Assembly: GCA_965112735.1 (NCBI GenBank)
Contig: OZ218958.1
Span: 2,852,001 to 2,916,000 of the forward strand
Reading direction: 5' to 3'
DNA length: 64,000 bases
Source: Phaeosaccion multiseriatum
Lineage: Eukaryota > Protista > Ochrophyta, other classes
Made by a program: the position numbers and the translations under genes. Of this stretch, positions 1-12,997 are shown piece by piece. Within the stretch, counting starts at the first letter, position 1. Every line of letters begins with the position of its first letter. The notes beneath the pieces are model-generated. The model did no database searches and was not told the DNA's origin. It saw only the letters and a list, made by a program, of their open reading frames with translations.

Positions 1-279
1 AGGGGAGGGAGGAGGGATGTATGGCAGTTGATGGACAGCGAGGGAGGGAGCGGGCGATGGCAGTGGAGGGGGAGGAAGGGAGGGAGGGAGGGATGGATGG
101 CAATGGATGGGGAGGGAAGGAGTGAGTGAGTGACGTAGTCAGGTAGAGAGGGACTAGGGAGGGAAGAGGAGGGGAGAAGTGAGGGGGTGAAGTGCATGGC
201 GGTATCACGCAGGTGTCGTGTGGTGTGGTGTGGTTGGCTCAAAGGCAGGAGTCCTCCCCCGCCCCCCCCCCCCCTTCAG

Positions 280-988
280 GCGGAACTGCTGCGCCACGTG
301 ACCAACTACGGCGCCCCCTTCTACCGAGAAGTGCTCGACACAGTGGTGGTGTCTCCATCGCAATACACCGCCGATGTCCTCCTAAAGACAAGACGCACCC
401 TCGGAGTGAGCGAAGTGAAGGCGGGTGGGATGCATCTGGATGCCTATCAGCGCGAGATTCAGCACGTTCTGGAGCAGTTCGGCAAGCTGGAGGACAGCGA
501 CCGAGCCGCCCTGGCCAAGGTGCGTTGGTTGGTAGGGCCGTTGGTGGTATGGCTGCTGGTGTTAGGGCCGTTGGTGATACGGCTGTTGGTGATGCAGCAG
601 TTGGTGATCTATCCCCCTGCAACACAGCAACTAACCCCCCCGTCCATCCCGTCCTATCCCATTAAGTCAGTGACTAATCCCGTCCTATCCCATTAAGTCA
701 ATGACTAATCCCGTTCTATCCTTCCCCATCCTGCCCTGCCCTACCCTTCTCTGTCCTTAGCTCCGCTCTGTGATGGGTGTGTCCAACTTCGAAGGAGACA
801 GAGCACTGGAGTCCACCACTGTGCCCCTCTATCGCAGCGTGCTCAACGCCGCTCTCCAGCAGGCCGCGGGGATGGAGTGGGGAGACAGCGACATTGATGC
901 CCTCAGACTCGAAGTCAGGCAGAGACAGAGCGACCTCCAGCTGAGGTGAGCAGAGGAGGGGAGGAGGGGACGGGGAGAGGAGAAGAGA

Positions 989-1029
<41 letters not shown>

Positions 1030-4000
1030 TTCGGAAGGAAGGGCCGCCACAGCGCGGGGGCTGCGGCTTGTGCGTCTTGTTTCCTCTCCTTTCAATCTAT
1101 CAATCAATCCATCCTCCATCCATTGCCAGGGATCAGTGCCCTCCTCATCCCCCCCCCCACCTCCCTCCCCTCTCTCTGACTCTCTCTCTCTCTCCCTCTT
1201 CCTCCCCCTCCCCCTCCCCTCCTCTCTGCACACAACAAGTATATCTGCTGCTGACTCTACCCTGAAGGAAGCCGTCCGCAAGCTCGCTGGAGAGAGCGTA
1301 GAAATGGCCCTCCGGTCTCTTCGAGAACGCATGGGGGCGGGCAACAACTGGAGAGACTGGCCCGAGGAGGAGGTGGTGGGCCCCGTCAAAACCATCTTCG
1401 TGCTCAGACGGGTAAGGTGTTTCATCTGTCTGTCTCTGTCTTTCTCTATCCATCTCTCCCCCCCCCTTCTCTCGTTCTCCCTCTCTCTCTCTCTCTCTCC
1501 CTCCCTCTCTCTCTCTCTCTCTCTGATCCTCCATTTGTCCCTCTCCCTCTCCCTCCCCCCCACCCCCCCGCGTCTTCTCAGGCGGTCATGCTCCTCGTCC
1601 AGGCCTCAGCAGACGCGGACCTCTCCAAGTACTTCTCAGGCATCTTAATTGGGTCTCCCTCCTTCCGCCTCAACCCCAAGGAGAAGGGCATCCTCTACCG
1701 CTCCTTCCTTCACTCGTGTGTCAAGGACTCCCTCAGGTTGGGTGAGGAGGACAAGACGCAGCTGCAAGAGCTCAGTGCCATGATGGATATGGACGTTGAG
1801 GACTGCCTCGACGCTTACAACGAGGTGTGTATGCGCTTACGTGTATATTACGTATGTGTTACGTACGTGTGTTTGGGGGACGAGAGGACTGAATCAACGC
1901 CTGTATTGAGGTTTCGTGTGTGTATGTATGATGTACCCCGCTCCTCACCCCCTGCCACCCCCCCTCCTTCCCCCCTCCCATTCCCCCTCCTCCCCCACCC
2001 CAAGATCGTGCTCCCCCTGGCGCAGAGCCGACTGGAGGCCATGGTCGTCGCGAAGGAAGGAGAGGAGGGCTTCACCACTGCCCAGGTGAGGTGTCGGTTT
2101 CAGCTCAGTTGCAGTAGCAGTTGTTTAGCCCCCCTGCCCACCGGGGTGGTGGGCACTCCTCACTACGCCTCCCGAGTTCGGGGGACGGCGGGTCGGATTT
2201 GGTGGGTGTGGTCGATCAAGTCAGCTAACCTGAAACTGAAACTCAACCCGCTGCCTTTTTGCCAGGTGCAGCAGCTCAGGACCCACCTCGAAGTTCCAGA
2301 GGCCGTGTTTGCTGACATGCTCATGGAGGTGTACCACGGTCAGGTGAGTGAGGTGCACAGCGATATCGACCTGTTCGATATCAATTATCGATGGAGTATA
2401 TACCCGCCCGCCCCCACCCTCCCACACTGAACCCTCTTTTCTCTATACCGTATGTTCGCTATAATAATATTCTTACACGACACTTCCAACTTTAACGAAC
2501 TGTTCGAATCGGACAAACGGTGCAGGTGGTGCGTGTGTTGGAGGCCTCCGTAGGCAGCGCCCCCTCGGAGAGTGAGGCGCAGCGGCTCGAGGCGTTGGGG
2601 CTGGAGATGGGCCTGGAGTTGGAGAGCATGAGGACCATTCACGACCTCACTTGCGGTCACATCTATCGCCAGGCCGTAGTGGACAGCTTTGAGACCGGCG
2701 CTGCTGCAGGAGTTGGTGATACAGGAGGAAGTGGCAGTGGCGATACAGCAGTTGGTGATACAGGAGGGGGTGACGATGATGCAGCAGGGCTCAAGCTGTT
2801 CACGAGCGATATGTCCCTTGGGGCGCTGGACACGCTTCGGCAACGGTTGGGCATGAGTGAGGAGGGAGCCACGGCAGAGTACGCGGAGGCCTTGCAAGTG
2901 AGTGAGAGAGGGAGAGGGACGGAGGGGGGAAGGGAGAGGCACGGGGAGAAAGGGGGGGCGAGATAGAGAGAGAAGGGGGAGAAAGAGGCGGGGGGGGGGG
3001 GAGATTGTGTGTGTGCGAGAGAGGAAGAGAGAGAGAGTGGGTGAGAGATGAGACAGCATAAGGAGAGAGAAGATGGGGGAGGCAGGGAGGGAGAGAGAGA
3101 GGGAGGGAGAAAGAGCGCACGTCAGAGAGAGGCGCACACAGAAGGGGAGGGAGAGAAAAGAAGAGGGAGGGACAGGGGGGTGCTTGTGTTCGGGGCGTGG
3201 ATTTAATTTTCGGTTTCGGTTGTCAAAGGGCTGTGCTCCCCCACCAGGCCCCCAAACCCTGAGCATTCACTCACACTCACACTCACCACCCCTCCTGCCC
3301 CGGCTCCTCCTCCTCCCCCTCCTCCACCCTCTCATCACCAGGGCGCCATGACGCCACACGTCAAGACGCTCCACAAGGAAATTGAGCTCCTCACTGAGGA
3401 GAGGGCGGCCTTCCAGGAGTCGCGCAAGGCGGCAGAGGCCATGTCCCCCTCCTCCTCCTCCTCCTCCTCCGCTCCCTCTCCTCCTTCTGCTGCTGCTCAA
3501 CCTCGCTCCGCCTTCCTGCCCCCCTCTCTCCAGAGCCTGATGGGCGGTGGTGGTTGGGGCGGGGGCGGCGAGACGGCAGCCGATGGCAATGGTGGCGGTG
3601 AGATGGCAGCAAATGGAGGTAGTGGTGGTGGTGGTGGTGGTGGTGGGGGGGTGGGGGCATTAGCTTTAGTACCATGTCCGCTACCACCCAGAAGGGCGTG
3701 GAGAACCTTCTGCAGCACCGAGCAGACGGGCTTATGGGGAAGGTGTCCTCTCTCGCCCTCGCGTGTCGGGGCAGCGGAGTGGAGAGCAACCTCGAGGAGA
3801 AGGCCAAGAGAGAGGGGGGGACTCGGATCATGAAGGGGAACAGGAGGGGGTTAAATGGCGCCTCCGTACCACCAATTGTCGAGGCTGGGAATGCCCAACG
3901 GCTCGGTGGTGGTAGTGGTGCTGACGGCGATGGAGAGGAGCCCTATCTACTGCCATCCTCCTCCTCCTCCACCACCACCACCACAACCACCTCCCTGGCA

Positions 4001-5068
4001 CCCGCCTCTGACTTCTCTGCTGACTACTCTGACAACGATGGGAGCGATGCTGATGGTACGGTGGTGCTGGAGGCTGCAGAGGCGGTGTACATCTTCTTCC
4101 TTAAGGAGTTGTTCTCCACGGCAGGAGGCGCCGCCAAACACGTCGTCGCCAACCTACCGTTGAGATCCTCCCTCGCGGCGGCTCTCGGCATCAGCAAAGC
4201 CGAGGTTATTGAGATACACAGACGCTTGAGTCACCGCCTCTACACCAGCTTTGCGGCCGACACCCTCGCGTCCAAGTGGCAGATCACAGATGGCGAGCTG
4301 CGGTTGCTCGAGGTGATGCAAGAGGCCCTGGGGATGAACCCTGTGGTCTGCTCGGAGCTGCTGGGAAGGACCAAAATCGGCTTCCTCCGCCAGCAGATTG
4401 AGGCGCTTGGGAGTGGTGGAGGTGGGGGTGGGAGTGGGGGTGGTTTCGGGACCCAAACAAGGATGCTTCCAGGAGATGTGGAGCGGATTCGGGAGGCCTC
4501 TGCTAAGATGGGCGTGAGTCTCAGGGCCGATCTCCTGCTTCCCGAGGAGAGGAGGAAGAACATGTTTAAGGCAGAGGCGTCGGGGGTGCTGGCCCACGCT
4601 CCGCCAAAGACCAAGAAGCTGCTGGGAGGGTCGGTGGCTGTGCCTTCAAGTCCGCGGGTTCGAAAGCGCCTTGATGCCATTCGAGAGGGCTTGGAGCTTC
4701 CTCCTGAGGTACTGGTGGAATTCTACGCTGGCTTGAGCAGCGGCACTGCTGCTGCTGCTGGTGGTGGTGGTGCTGGTGCTGGTGCTGTTGCTGCTGTACC
4801 ATCCACGGTTGTATCACCAACGGATGTATCATCCACGGATGTATCACCAACGGATGTATCATCCACGGATGTATCACCAACCGATGTATCATCCACGGAT
4901 GTATCACCAACTGCTGATGCTATACCGTCGCTGCCTTCTTCAACCTCTTCAAGTACGGCCATGTTGTCGTCTGCGAGACAGGCAGGAGAGGCAGGGGGGG
5001 CAGGAGCAGGACAAGGAACAGGACAAGGAGGTGGAGGGGGGGAGCAGCAGGAGCGCCCCCCTACTTGA
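280..5068 (+). CDS. Tic110-like plastid inner-envelope translocon protein (5' partial, multi-exon)
   Basis: GT-AG exons ~280-519, 761-945, 1240-1411, 1582-1824, 2005-2085, 2266-2343, 2526-2897 and 3342-5068 join into a helical protein. It has repeated Tic110-type segments (LYR..L...G.L..ED...L..L...LG[LMI]), e.g. 'SLAAALGISKAEVIEIHRRLSHRLY' and 'LPEERRKNMFKAEA'. A 1-nt frameshift in the G-run at ~3645-3651 is needed to keep frame. The start lies upstream of the window. Confidence 0.7.
526..610 (+). repeat. Degenerate 15-bp minisatellite (consensus TTGGTGATACAGCAG) in an intron
   Basis: About 6 units at 15-bp spacing: ttggttggtagggccg/ttggtggtatggctg/ctggtgttagggccg/ttggtgatacggctg/ttggtgatgcagcag/ttggtgatct. 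Confidence 0.8.
646..720 (+). repeat. 31-bp tandem duplication (~2.5 copies) in an intron
   Basis: ATCCCGTCCTATCCCATTAAGTCA(G/A)TGACTA repeated. Confidence 0.85.
4796..4915 (+). repeat. Coding 15-bp tandem repeat (VSPTD/VSSTD), reverse-complement variant of the dispersed motif
   Basis: Alternating GTATCACCAACGGAT and GTATCATCCACGGAT units; exact cores at 4812, 4842, 4872 and 4902. Confidence 0.9.
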
Positions 5069-8000
5069 CAATTAGCGCTTGAGACTAATGACGCTGTTGA
5101 CGCTGTTAACTTGTTGACTGTTAACGCTGACGTTGTTGACATGAGCATGCGTGCGGACCATCATCATCATCATCATCGAGACGACGGCCTGGGGCAGGGA
5201 AGAGGAAGTGATGATGGTGATGGTGATACAGCAACAGCAGCAGTAGCAGCAGCAGCAGCGCGTCGGTCTCAAGCGGAATTTGAACAGGGGGCGAGGTGGG
5301 CACGGGCCAATCTCGGGGCGAGAGAGGAGGAGGTGAGGAGGCAGGACAGGGGGGAGGGCGACCCGAGTAGGGGGCGAGCAGTGGGGGCGGGGATTTTGGC
5401 GCCGTGGAAGAGAGCGACAGATGACGATGACGAAGAAGAGGAGGAGGATGAAGAGGAGGAGGAGGGCGAAGGAGAAGAGCATGGCAGTGGATGGGAGGAG
5501 GAAGAAGAAGATGACGACAGTGGAGGGGACGAGGAGGAGGATGACTTCCTCGCTCGGGCGGAGGAGTCGCGTCGCCTTGTGGAGGAGGCTCTGAGCGTGG
5601 CCCGGGGGGCACAGGCTCGAATCAGGGGGACCATGGGGGACAGCAGCAGGGTGACGGCTGTATCTGTGCCTGGACCACCAACTGCTGCATCATCGGCTGC
5701 AGCGGCTGGTGGTGGTGGGGTAGGAGCGACGGGCCTTGGTATCGGTGGTACCTCGCTCTCTTTCTCGTTCGACGATGACGTTGAGCAGGTAAGTCAGTGG
5801 GAGGGAGCCGTGGCTATACAGAGCCGTGGCTTTTGTTTTCGGGGCTGATGGACGAAATGTGTGGTGTAGGCAGGGCATAGGGCAGGGCAGTTGGTGATAC
5901 AGAGTAGTCGGTGATGCAGGACAGGGCAGGCCAGGGCAGCGATGTCGCTCGTGTGTGCGTCTTCTGACCTGCTCCCGCCGAACGCCACGTGTGTGTGTGT
6001 GTGTGTGTGTGTACTACCAACACGTGATGATAAGGTGCTCAGCAACACCCGAGCCGCTGCAAGAGAGGCGGGGCTGAAGGCCGAGATGGAGGTTCGACGC
6101 AAGGCCGCCGAGGGAGGGGGGGGTGTATCACCAACTGGTGTATCACCAACTGCTGCTGGCGGTGGTCAAGACGGGTCCACTGGCACCGGAACCGCCGAAC
6201 CCCCTCGGGGCCTACGGGCAAGATTTCGAGGCATCCTGGGGAAGGGTTTGGGTGGGGCAGGGGCAGGGGGAGGGCAACAGGAGGCCCAACAAGGGGATGG
6301 GAGGAGTGGGGGTGGTGCTGCAAGTAAGTCATGGGAGAAGGATACGATGGAGCAGCAGCGACAGGAGGCAGAGGCCAGGACTGTGGCCCGGGCAGCGAGG
6401 GACGAGTTTGAGCGGCAGAAGGTGGCGGTGACGGAGAGAAGGAGCAAGAGCAGCAGCAGCAGCAGCAGCGCCCAAGGGAAAGGGAAAGGGGAGGAGAAGG
6501 AGGAAGGTGTGGCTGTCGAAGAGGTCGGCGAAGAGCGGAAGCTTCCGGCAGGAGCGAGTATGGAGGAGGAGGAGGAGGAGGAGGAGGAGGAGGATGCAGA
6601 AGTGGTAGCAGAGAGAATGACCCAGGAGCCGTGGGAACGATGGGTCGCGACGGTTGCGGCGATCGAGGAGGCGTATAGCGAGCTGAGGTCGAGCCATGCG
6701 CAGAGCGTGGCGGTGGAGGGAGAGGTGGCCGGTGCTGTGCGTGCCCTCGAAGAAGTGCTACGCGAAGCTCAACGGGCGGCGGCAGGGGTGGGGGAGGGAA
6801 GGGGAGGAGAAGGAGTCGAGGAGCTGGAATCGCTTGTGGTAAGGGCGTCTTTGGCGCTCGATAAAGCAACCTCGTGCTTCCGAAGGACGGCGGAGAGGGA
6901 GGAGCAGCGACGGGTGCTCAGAGGAGTGGAGGCGCGATACAACGGCCTGTTGGTGGGGGTGCAGAGGAGACGAGACGGAGGGGGCAGGGTGGGAGGAGGA
7001 GGAGGAGGAGGAGGAGGGGGGGGAGGGGGCAGGCGATGGCAGCAGAGGGGGAGGACGAGATGAGCGGGCTTGCCTATTCTCGCAGGCTGTTTGAGCGAGC
7101 TTTGGTTTCCGCAGTCGAGATGGAGAAGGACGTGTTGGCGGCAGCGGCGGATGGCTCGTCCTCTGACCTCGGCTTGGAGAGGCTCAGGAAGGAGGTCGGG
7201 GGCGCGACCAAGGCGCTGAGGGTGCTTGAGGCTCAGATTGTGCAGGGGGAGCAGTTGATGATTCAGCGGGAGGAGAAGGAGGAGCAGGCTCGGTTGGCGG
7301 AGGCGGCGGAGCGGGCGAGGCTGCAGAGAGAGGCCGATGCATCTGTTCGAGCGCAGCAGGAACAGCTTCGGCGAGCGACGAAGGCCAAGAAGGGCAGGGA
7401 CAAGGCCAAGGAACAGAGCAGGAAGGAGGAGGACAAGGAGAGGACCAAGCAGAAAAGGCAGGTGGAGCAGGTCAGGGCAGAGAGCATGGCCCGGGCGGAA
7501 GAGGAGGAGGGGGAGGTGGCAGCACTGGAGGAGCAGTACAGGCATATGGTCGATGCGCTGGCGAAGAGAGGCGACGAGGACGTGTCTAGAGCTTGTGCGG
7601 TGGCCTTTTCAGCGGCGCAGGGGGCCATCATCAAGGCTCGCGGTGACCCTTCTTCGGAGGTGAGGGAGGGAGGTAGGGGAAGGCAGTAGATGGAGAGAGG
7701 GGGGGGGGGGGGGTTGGGGCGAGGAGAGGAGGGAGGGAGGGGGCGATAAAACCTCCCTCAGATGGCGTTTGCTCTGCCGCTCATTCTTCTCCAAGTGCCA
7801 ACACCCCCTTCTCTGTCTCTTTCTCTAAGTCTGTGTGGGATTCAACGCCCCTTCCCCCACCGACTCTCTAATTCATTGTCCCGACATGGCTTTCTTCTTC
7901 TTCTTCTTCTTCTTCTTCTTCTTCTTCTTCTTCTTCTTCTTCTTCTTCTTCTTCTTCTTCTCCTCCTCCTTCTCCTCCTCCTCCTCCTGCTCCTCCTCCT

Positions 8001-11000
8001 CCTCCTCGGCCTCGGCCTCAATACGTCCCTGCCCCCCACCCCCTTTTTCTGCTTTGCATCCCCACATCCCCACACCCCCACACCCCAGGCCGGACGCGAT
8101 TCAGCTCGAGAGAGCCTCCGAGCCGCCTCGTCAGTGCTCTCCGTGGCAGGGGCGGCCATGGACAGGGCGCGCGAGGGACAGCGCGAGGGGCTCGCACAGC
8201 TCAACGCACTCATCCCGGTGTGGAAGGTGGCCAAGGGCAAGCTGGAGCAGGCCATGAGTATGAGCAGCGGCAGCACCAGAGGGAGTAGCGGGAGTGTCGG
8301 TGGCGAAGCAGCAGCAGCAGCAGCAGGAGGAGGAGTTGGTGCGGGCGATGATTCAGCGTGGGCACCGGCGGATCGAGCCATTCGAGTGGCGGAGAAGGCT
8401 ATGGACGAAGCCCGAGAGCTTCTCGAAACCCTTCCTCAGAGGGGGCTGGGGGGGGGCAACAAGAAGGTCCAGCCCTTCTCCTCCGCGACGGAGCTGTGCG
8501 CCAGAGAGACGGAGGAGGTAGGACAGGCCCTTCTCTTTGCGGAGGATCTCGTGACACGGGCCTCCGCGGCTGTGGATGCCTCACGAGCCAAGGTCGAGGC
8601 CATGCGGATGCAAAGGATGGCGAATCGTGTGGCGCTGGAAGATGCGGCTCGACGCTTAGAGGCGCTGGCGGGGCGTGCGAAGCTGAATGGGTCCTCGGGG
8701 GAGGCAGCGGTGGCCAAGGGGTTGGTGGAGTGTAGTCAGGAGCTGCAAGCGTGTCAGGTGCTTCAGATGGAGGAGCGACGAGGAGGGGAGGGAGGAGGAG
8801 GAGGAGGAGGAGGGGGGGGGGTGGTGGCTTCGAGGGCGCTGGAAACACTCAATGGGATGCTCGGGCGGCTGGAGGGAGCCATCACTGGTGGTGGTGGTGG
8901 TGGTGGTGGTGGTGGTGGTGGTGGTGGTGGTGGTGGCAAAGGAGCCAAGGAAGGAGGGAAAGACGAGAGGAGTGGCGCGAAGGCGACGGGGAGGGGAACG
9001 GGGTGGGCTTGGGGAAGAGGGAAGGGCGTGGATAGAGCCAGGGGGGGAGAGGAGGACGAGAGGAGGACGGGAGGAGGGGGCTTCTTGGGCGTGGATAGAG
9101 CCAGGGGGGGAGAGGAGGACGAGAGGAGGACGGGAGGGGGGGGCTTTTTGGCTGGGAAGGGTGATACCAAGGGCAGTGCGGCACCTCCTTCTCCCTCCAT
9201 GTCTGAGTTGCGTACCACTCTGCGCGAGACGAGGGACCTGGCCGAGGCGAACTTCATGCTACCACACCAACAAGGGGGAGGCCTTGGTGATACGGACACA
9301 GATGCGGCTGCCGACCAAGCCGTCGCCAAGACGATTGCCCAGAAGCTCACCAAAGCAGAGGCGCTCGTAGAGGCGTGTTTGCTCTCGGGCGAGAGGGGCA
9401 GCGCCCTTGAGACCAAGATCACCACCATGGCCGTGAGAGACGCCACTGCCTACGTCAAGGCCAGGGCCCAGGAGCTGGCCTCCGAGGCGGGCAGGAGGGT
9501 GGTGAGAAGGACGGAGCTCAAGCAGGTCACCGCCGCTGCGGCCCTCGCGGAGGAGAAGAAGGTGCGTGCGTGTGCGTGCGTGTGCGTGGATGGCTGTGTG
9601 GGTGTGGGTGTGAGTGGGTGCGTGGGTGGGTCCTGTCTGGACGTAGTGTTTGAAGTGTGTCCCGCCCTCTCTATGCGTGTATCGCGCATGTGCCCTGCCA
9701 TTCACTGCCATAAGCATACGACTCCCCCTCATCAGCATCATCATCATCATCATCCTTATCATGAGCATCATCACCACCATCATCATCGTCCTCCTCCCCC
9801 CCCTCATCATCATCATCATCATCATTGTCATCCTTCTCATCCTCCTCGTCCTCCTCCTCCTCCTCCCCCCCCCCCCCGCAGAGCGATGAGCGGAGGAAAG
9901 AGAAGCAAGTGCAGGAGCAGGAGGAAGCCCTCCGCGTCTCTGTGGCCGCTCGCAGACAAGCTGAGATGGAAGGGCTCGCGAGGGGCAGAGGAGGACGACC
10001 TTCTGCTGCTTCTAGTGCTGCCACACGTCCAAGTCCAAGTACTAGCACTTCAGGCTCAGATTCACAAATGGCAGATTCACAGTTGGCAGCGACAGAGGAG
10101 TGGGGTAGGACGAGGCTGGAGAGGGAGAGGGCTAAGCTGAGAGCGGTGGAGGCGGCGGCGGAGGCGGCAGGGGGGACGGTGGCGTCCTTGACAAGGACCG
10201 CCGTGAAGGAAGCAAGCAAGGCTATTGACGAGGCGGAGGCCAAACAGGCCACGCTGATGCTCAGGGATGGTCAGGGGCAGGGGAAGGGGAAGGGGAAGGG
10301 GGGTGGAAGGGGAGGCAGTCGTTTGGGCCGAGCAGGGGAAGTAAGGCCTTCGTGAGGCTTCGGGAGGAGGAGAGGAGAGCGCTAGAGGAGGCGCTGGAGA
10401 CGGTGGAGTTTATGCTTGAGAAGACGGCTGAGCACATTGCACGCACGAGGCTGGTGAGTGGGGAGGAAGGGAGGGGGAGGAGGAGGGAGGGAGGGAGGGA
10501 GGGGGTGAGCGAGGTATGGAGGAAGGAAGGGAGAGGGGGGAGGGAGGGAGGGGAGGGGGGGGAGGAGGAGGGAGCGGCAGCGAGGTATGGAGGAAGTACT
10601 TGCTTCCCCTCCCTCCTGCTTTCTCTTGTTTTGGGTTTGTTGTTCTCCTCGTGCTTTGGTTGGCACGTGTACGCATGCACCAATGCATGACCACCACACC
10701 TCATTCTAGTCGCACTTACACGCACACGCACACACACACACTCACGCTCACACATCCCTTCCTCTCTCCCTCCCTCCCTCCCCTCCTCTCTTCTTCTCTC
10801 CTCTCAGCTCGTGGGCAAGGCCGAAGAGATTCGCGCCGTTGCCGTGACGAGGCTCAGCGCTCTCGAGGCCTCCCTCGACGAGATCATCGACACAGCAACC
10901 GAAGCAGTTGGTGATACATCATCCGACCCGGTCACCACCGTAGCCCGACCGGCTGTGGCGTCGACCATTGCCACTGCTCGGGCAGCGCTTGTGGCGGCGA

Positions 11001-11477
11001 AGGGCCTGGTAGGGGAGGGTGCGGTGCAAGCCTGGTTAAGGGACCCGGGGGGCAGTACCATGTTGGTGGACCAGGCGGCCGAGGCGGTGACAGCTGTGAG
11101 TCGGGCCATTGCACTGGAGCTGGACACTGATCGCGCCTCTGCGGCCCAGAGGGAAGTGGACGAGCTTGCAGCGGACAGGGTGGAGAGGGAGGCACTGAGG
11201 CTGGAGAGGGAGGCGGAACGGCTTGACGCCACGGCCAGGTGAGGGAGGAAGGGATGGATGGAGGAAGGGAGGGAGGGAGGGATGGAGGGAGGGGGGCAGG
11301 GAGGGAGGGAGCGAGGGAGTGAGGGAGGGGGCGAGGGAGAAAAGAGTGGAGGAATTATCCCCCTTGGGTGCTTGGTTGATTGATGCTCGATTGCTTACTT
11401 GGTGGATTGATTCATGACATGAGGATGGCTTGATTTGTCGATTGGCTGATTGATTGATGCATTGATGCATTGATTGG

Positions 11478-11515
<38 letters not shown>

Positions 11516-12676
11516 GCATAGGGCACGGGCGCAAAGGGAAGCCCAGTCCCGGCGGGAGGCAGAGGCAGCGCGCTTAGCCTCCGAGGAGGAGAAGCGGCAG
11601 AAGACAGTGCAGCGGCTCTCAGAGCTCAATCTGCCCGACGAGGCGGTGCGGGCGTTGGAGGAGGAAGGGGAGCGGTTACGCGAGGAGGCAGAGAGAGGCG
11701 TGGATACGGTGCTAAACGACCCGGGGCTGCTGGCAGAGGAGGAGGAGGAGAGGGAGAGGCGGAGGAGGGAGGCTGCGGAGGAGGAGGAGGGGTTGGTGAT
11801 ACAGCGGGAGAAGGATCGGATCTATGCGGAAGAGTGGGCGATGAAGGAACAGGAGAGGAGAGAGGCCGCCAGGGAGGGAGGGAAGGAGGGAGGGGAGGAG
11901 GAGGAGGAGGAGGAGGAGGAGGCGGAGGAGGAGGGGCAAGGGAGGGACACGGAAGCTGAAATGGCACAGGTGCGGAGGGAGAGTGAGGAGGAGGAAGAGC
12001 GCCAACGGGAGAGAAGAGAGGGGGAGGAAGTGCAGCGGAGGAGGCAAAGTGCTGTCGTCGCGCCTTCTACTGCGTCTGTACCACCAACTGCTCCCCCTGT
12101 TGATGCGGCGCTCGCCATTCTCATGCAGCGGGAGACGGGGCAAGAGGAGGAGGAACAGGGGGAGGGAAGTGCTGCCATGGTCGAGAAGCAGGGGAGCACC
12201 AGTAGTAGCAGTAGTAGTGGCGATAGAGTCACAGATGGCGATGGCAAGGCCAAGGGTAAGGGTAAAGACAAGAGGAAGGTGATCTTTGGCGACCCTCTCA
12301 AGGCCTCCTCCCCTCCTTACGCGCCCCTATGGCTGAGGCTGCAGGGTGAGTCACTATCGCTTGGCGACGACGAGGATGCTGATGATGATGAGGAGCAGGA
12401 GGAGAGGCAAGGGAGGGGCGGAGGCGGCAAGGGCAGTGGGCCCAGGCCACTTGAGCGTGAGGGGACCTTTTCAGGGAGAGAGGATGAAGCGGGGCGGCAG
12501 CAGCAGCAGCAGCAGTTGGTGATACAGCAGCAGCAGCAGGGGGGAGGGGGAGAGGAACGCCCCCCTGGGGAGGGGGAGCAGCCCCCCGAGGGCGAGGAGG
12601 ATGATCAATCGCCACCCTCCGACGACAAAGACGACGGTTACGCCGGGGCTTGGGGGGGGGGGGTGAGGGAGGATGA
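5069..12676 (+). CDS. Long Glu/Ala/Arg-rich coiled-coil region (continuation of the Tic110-like gene, or a separate gene starting at ATG ~5141)
   Basis: Same frame as the upstream ORF after TGA 5066-5068. Exons ~5069-5788, 6035-7659, 8089-9561, 9882-10453, 10808-11238 and 11522-~12676, bounded by GT/AG sites and separated by microsatellite-filled introns. Frameshifts in G-runs at ~7015-7030 and ~10297-10303. The 3' end is uncertain because of the G-run at 12652-12663. Confidence 0.55.
7893..8006. repeat. (CTT)n/(CCT)n microsatellite in an intron
   Basis: Direct observation. Confidence 0.9.
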
Positions 12677-12997
12677 GAGATGGCAGTCAATGGGGGCACC
12701 TTGGCACCTTGACAGCTGTTATTACGTAAGGGTATTAGTGGAGGCTTCTCTTGCGCTATACATTTTGCTTGGGTTTCTTTCCCATCTTTTCATGAACAGA
12801 AGCACAGAATATGTACGGTATGTATTTATGCATCGCATCGTCTTTCTACCCCACCCACTCACCCACCCACCAACCGACTCCACCCACTCACCCACCCACC
12901 TACCCATTTACCCATCCGTCCACCCATCCATCCACCCACCTATCCACCTACCCGCCTTCTGTCCTGACACCAACACACACGTGTGGTGATCACTCCT

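Noticed and set aside
3640-12665. Programmed frameshifting at ~3648, ~7020, ~10300 and ~12655
   Set aside because: All fall in G-homopolymer or GGA runs inside poly-Gly linkers; homopolymer sequencing or assembly errors are far more likely.
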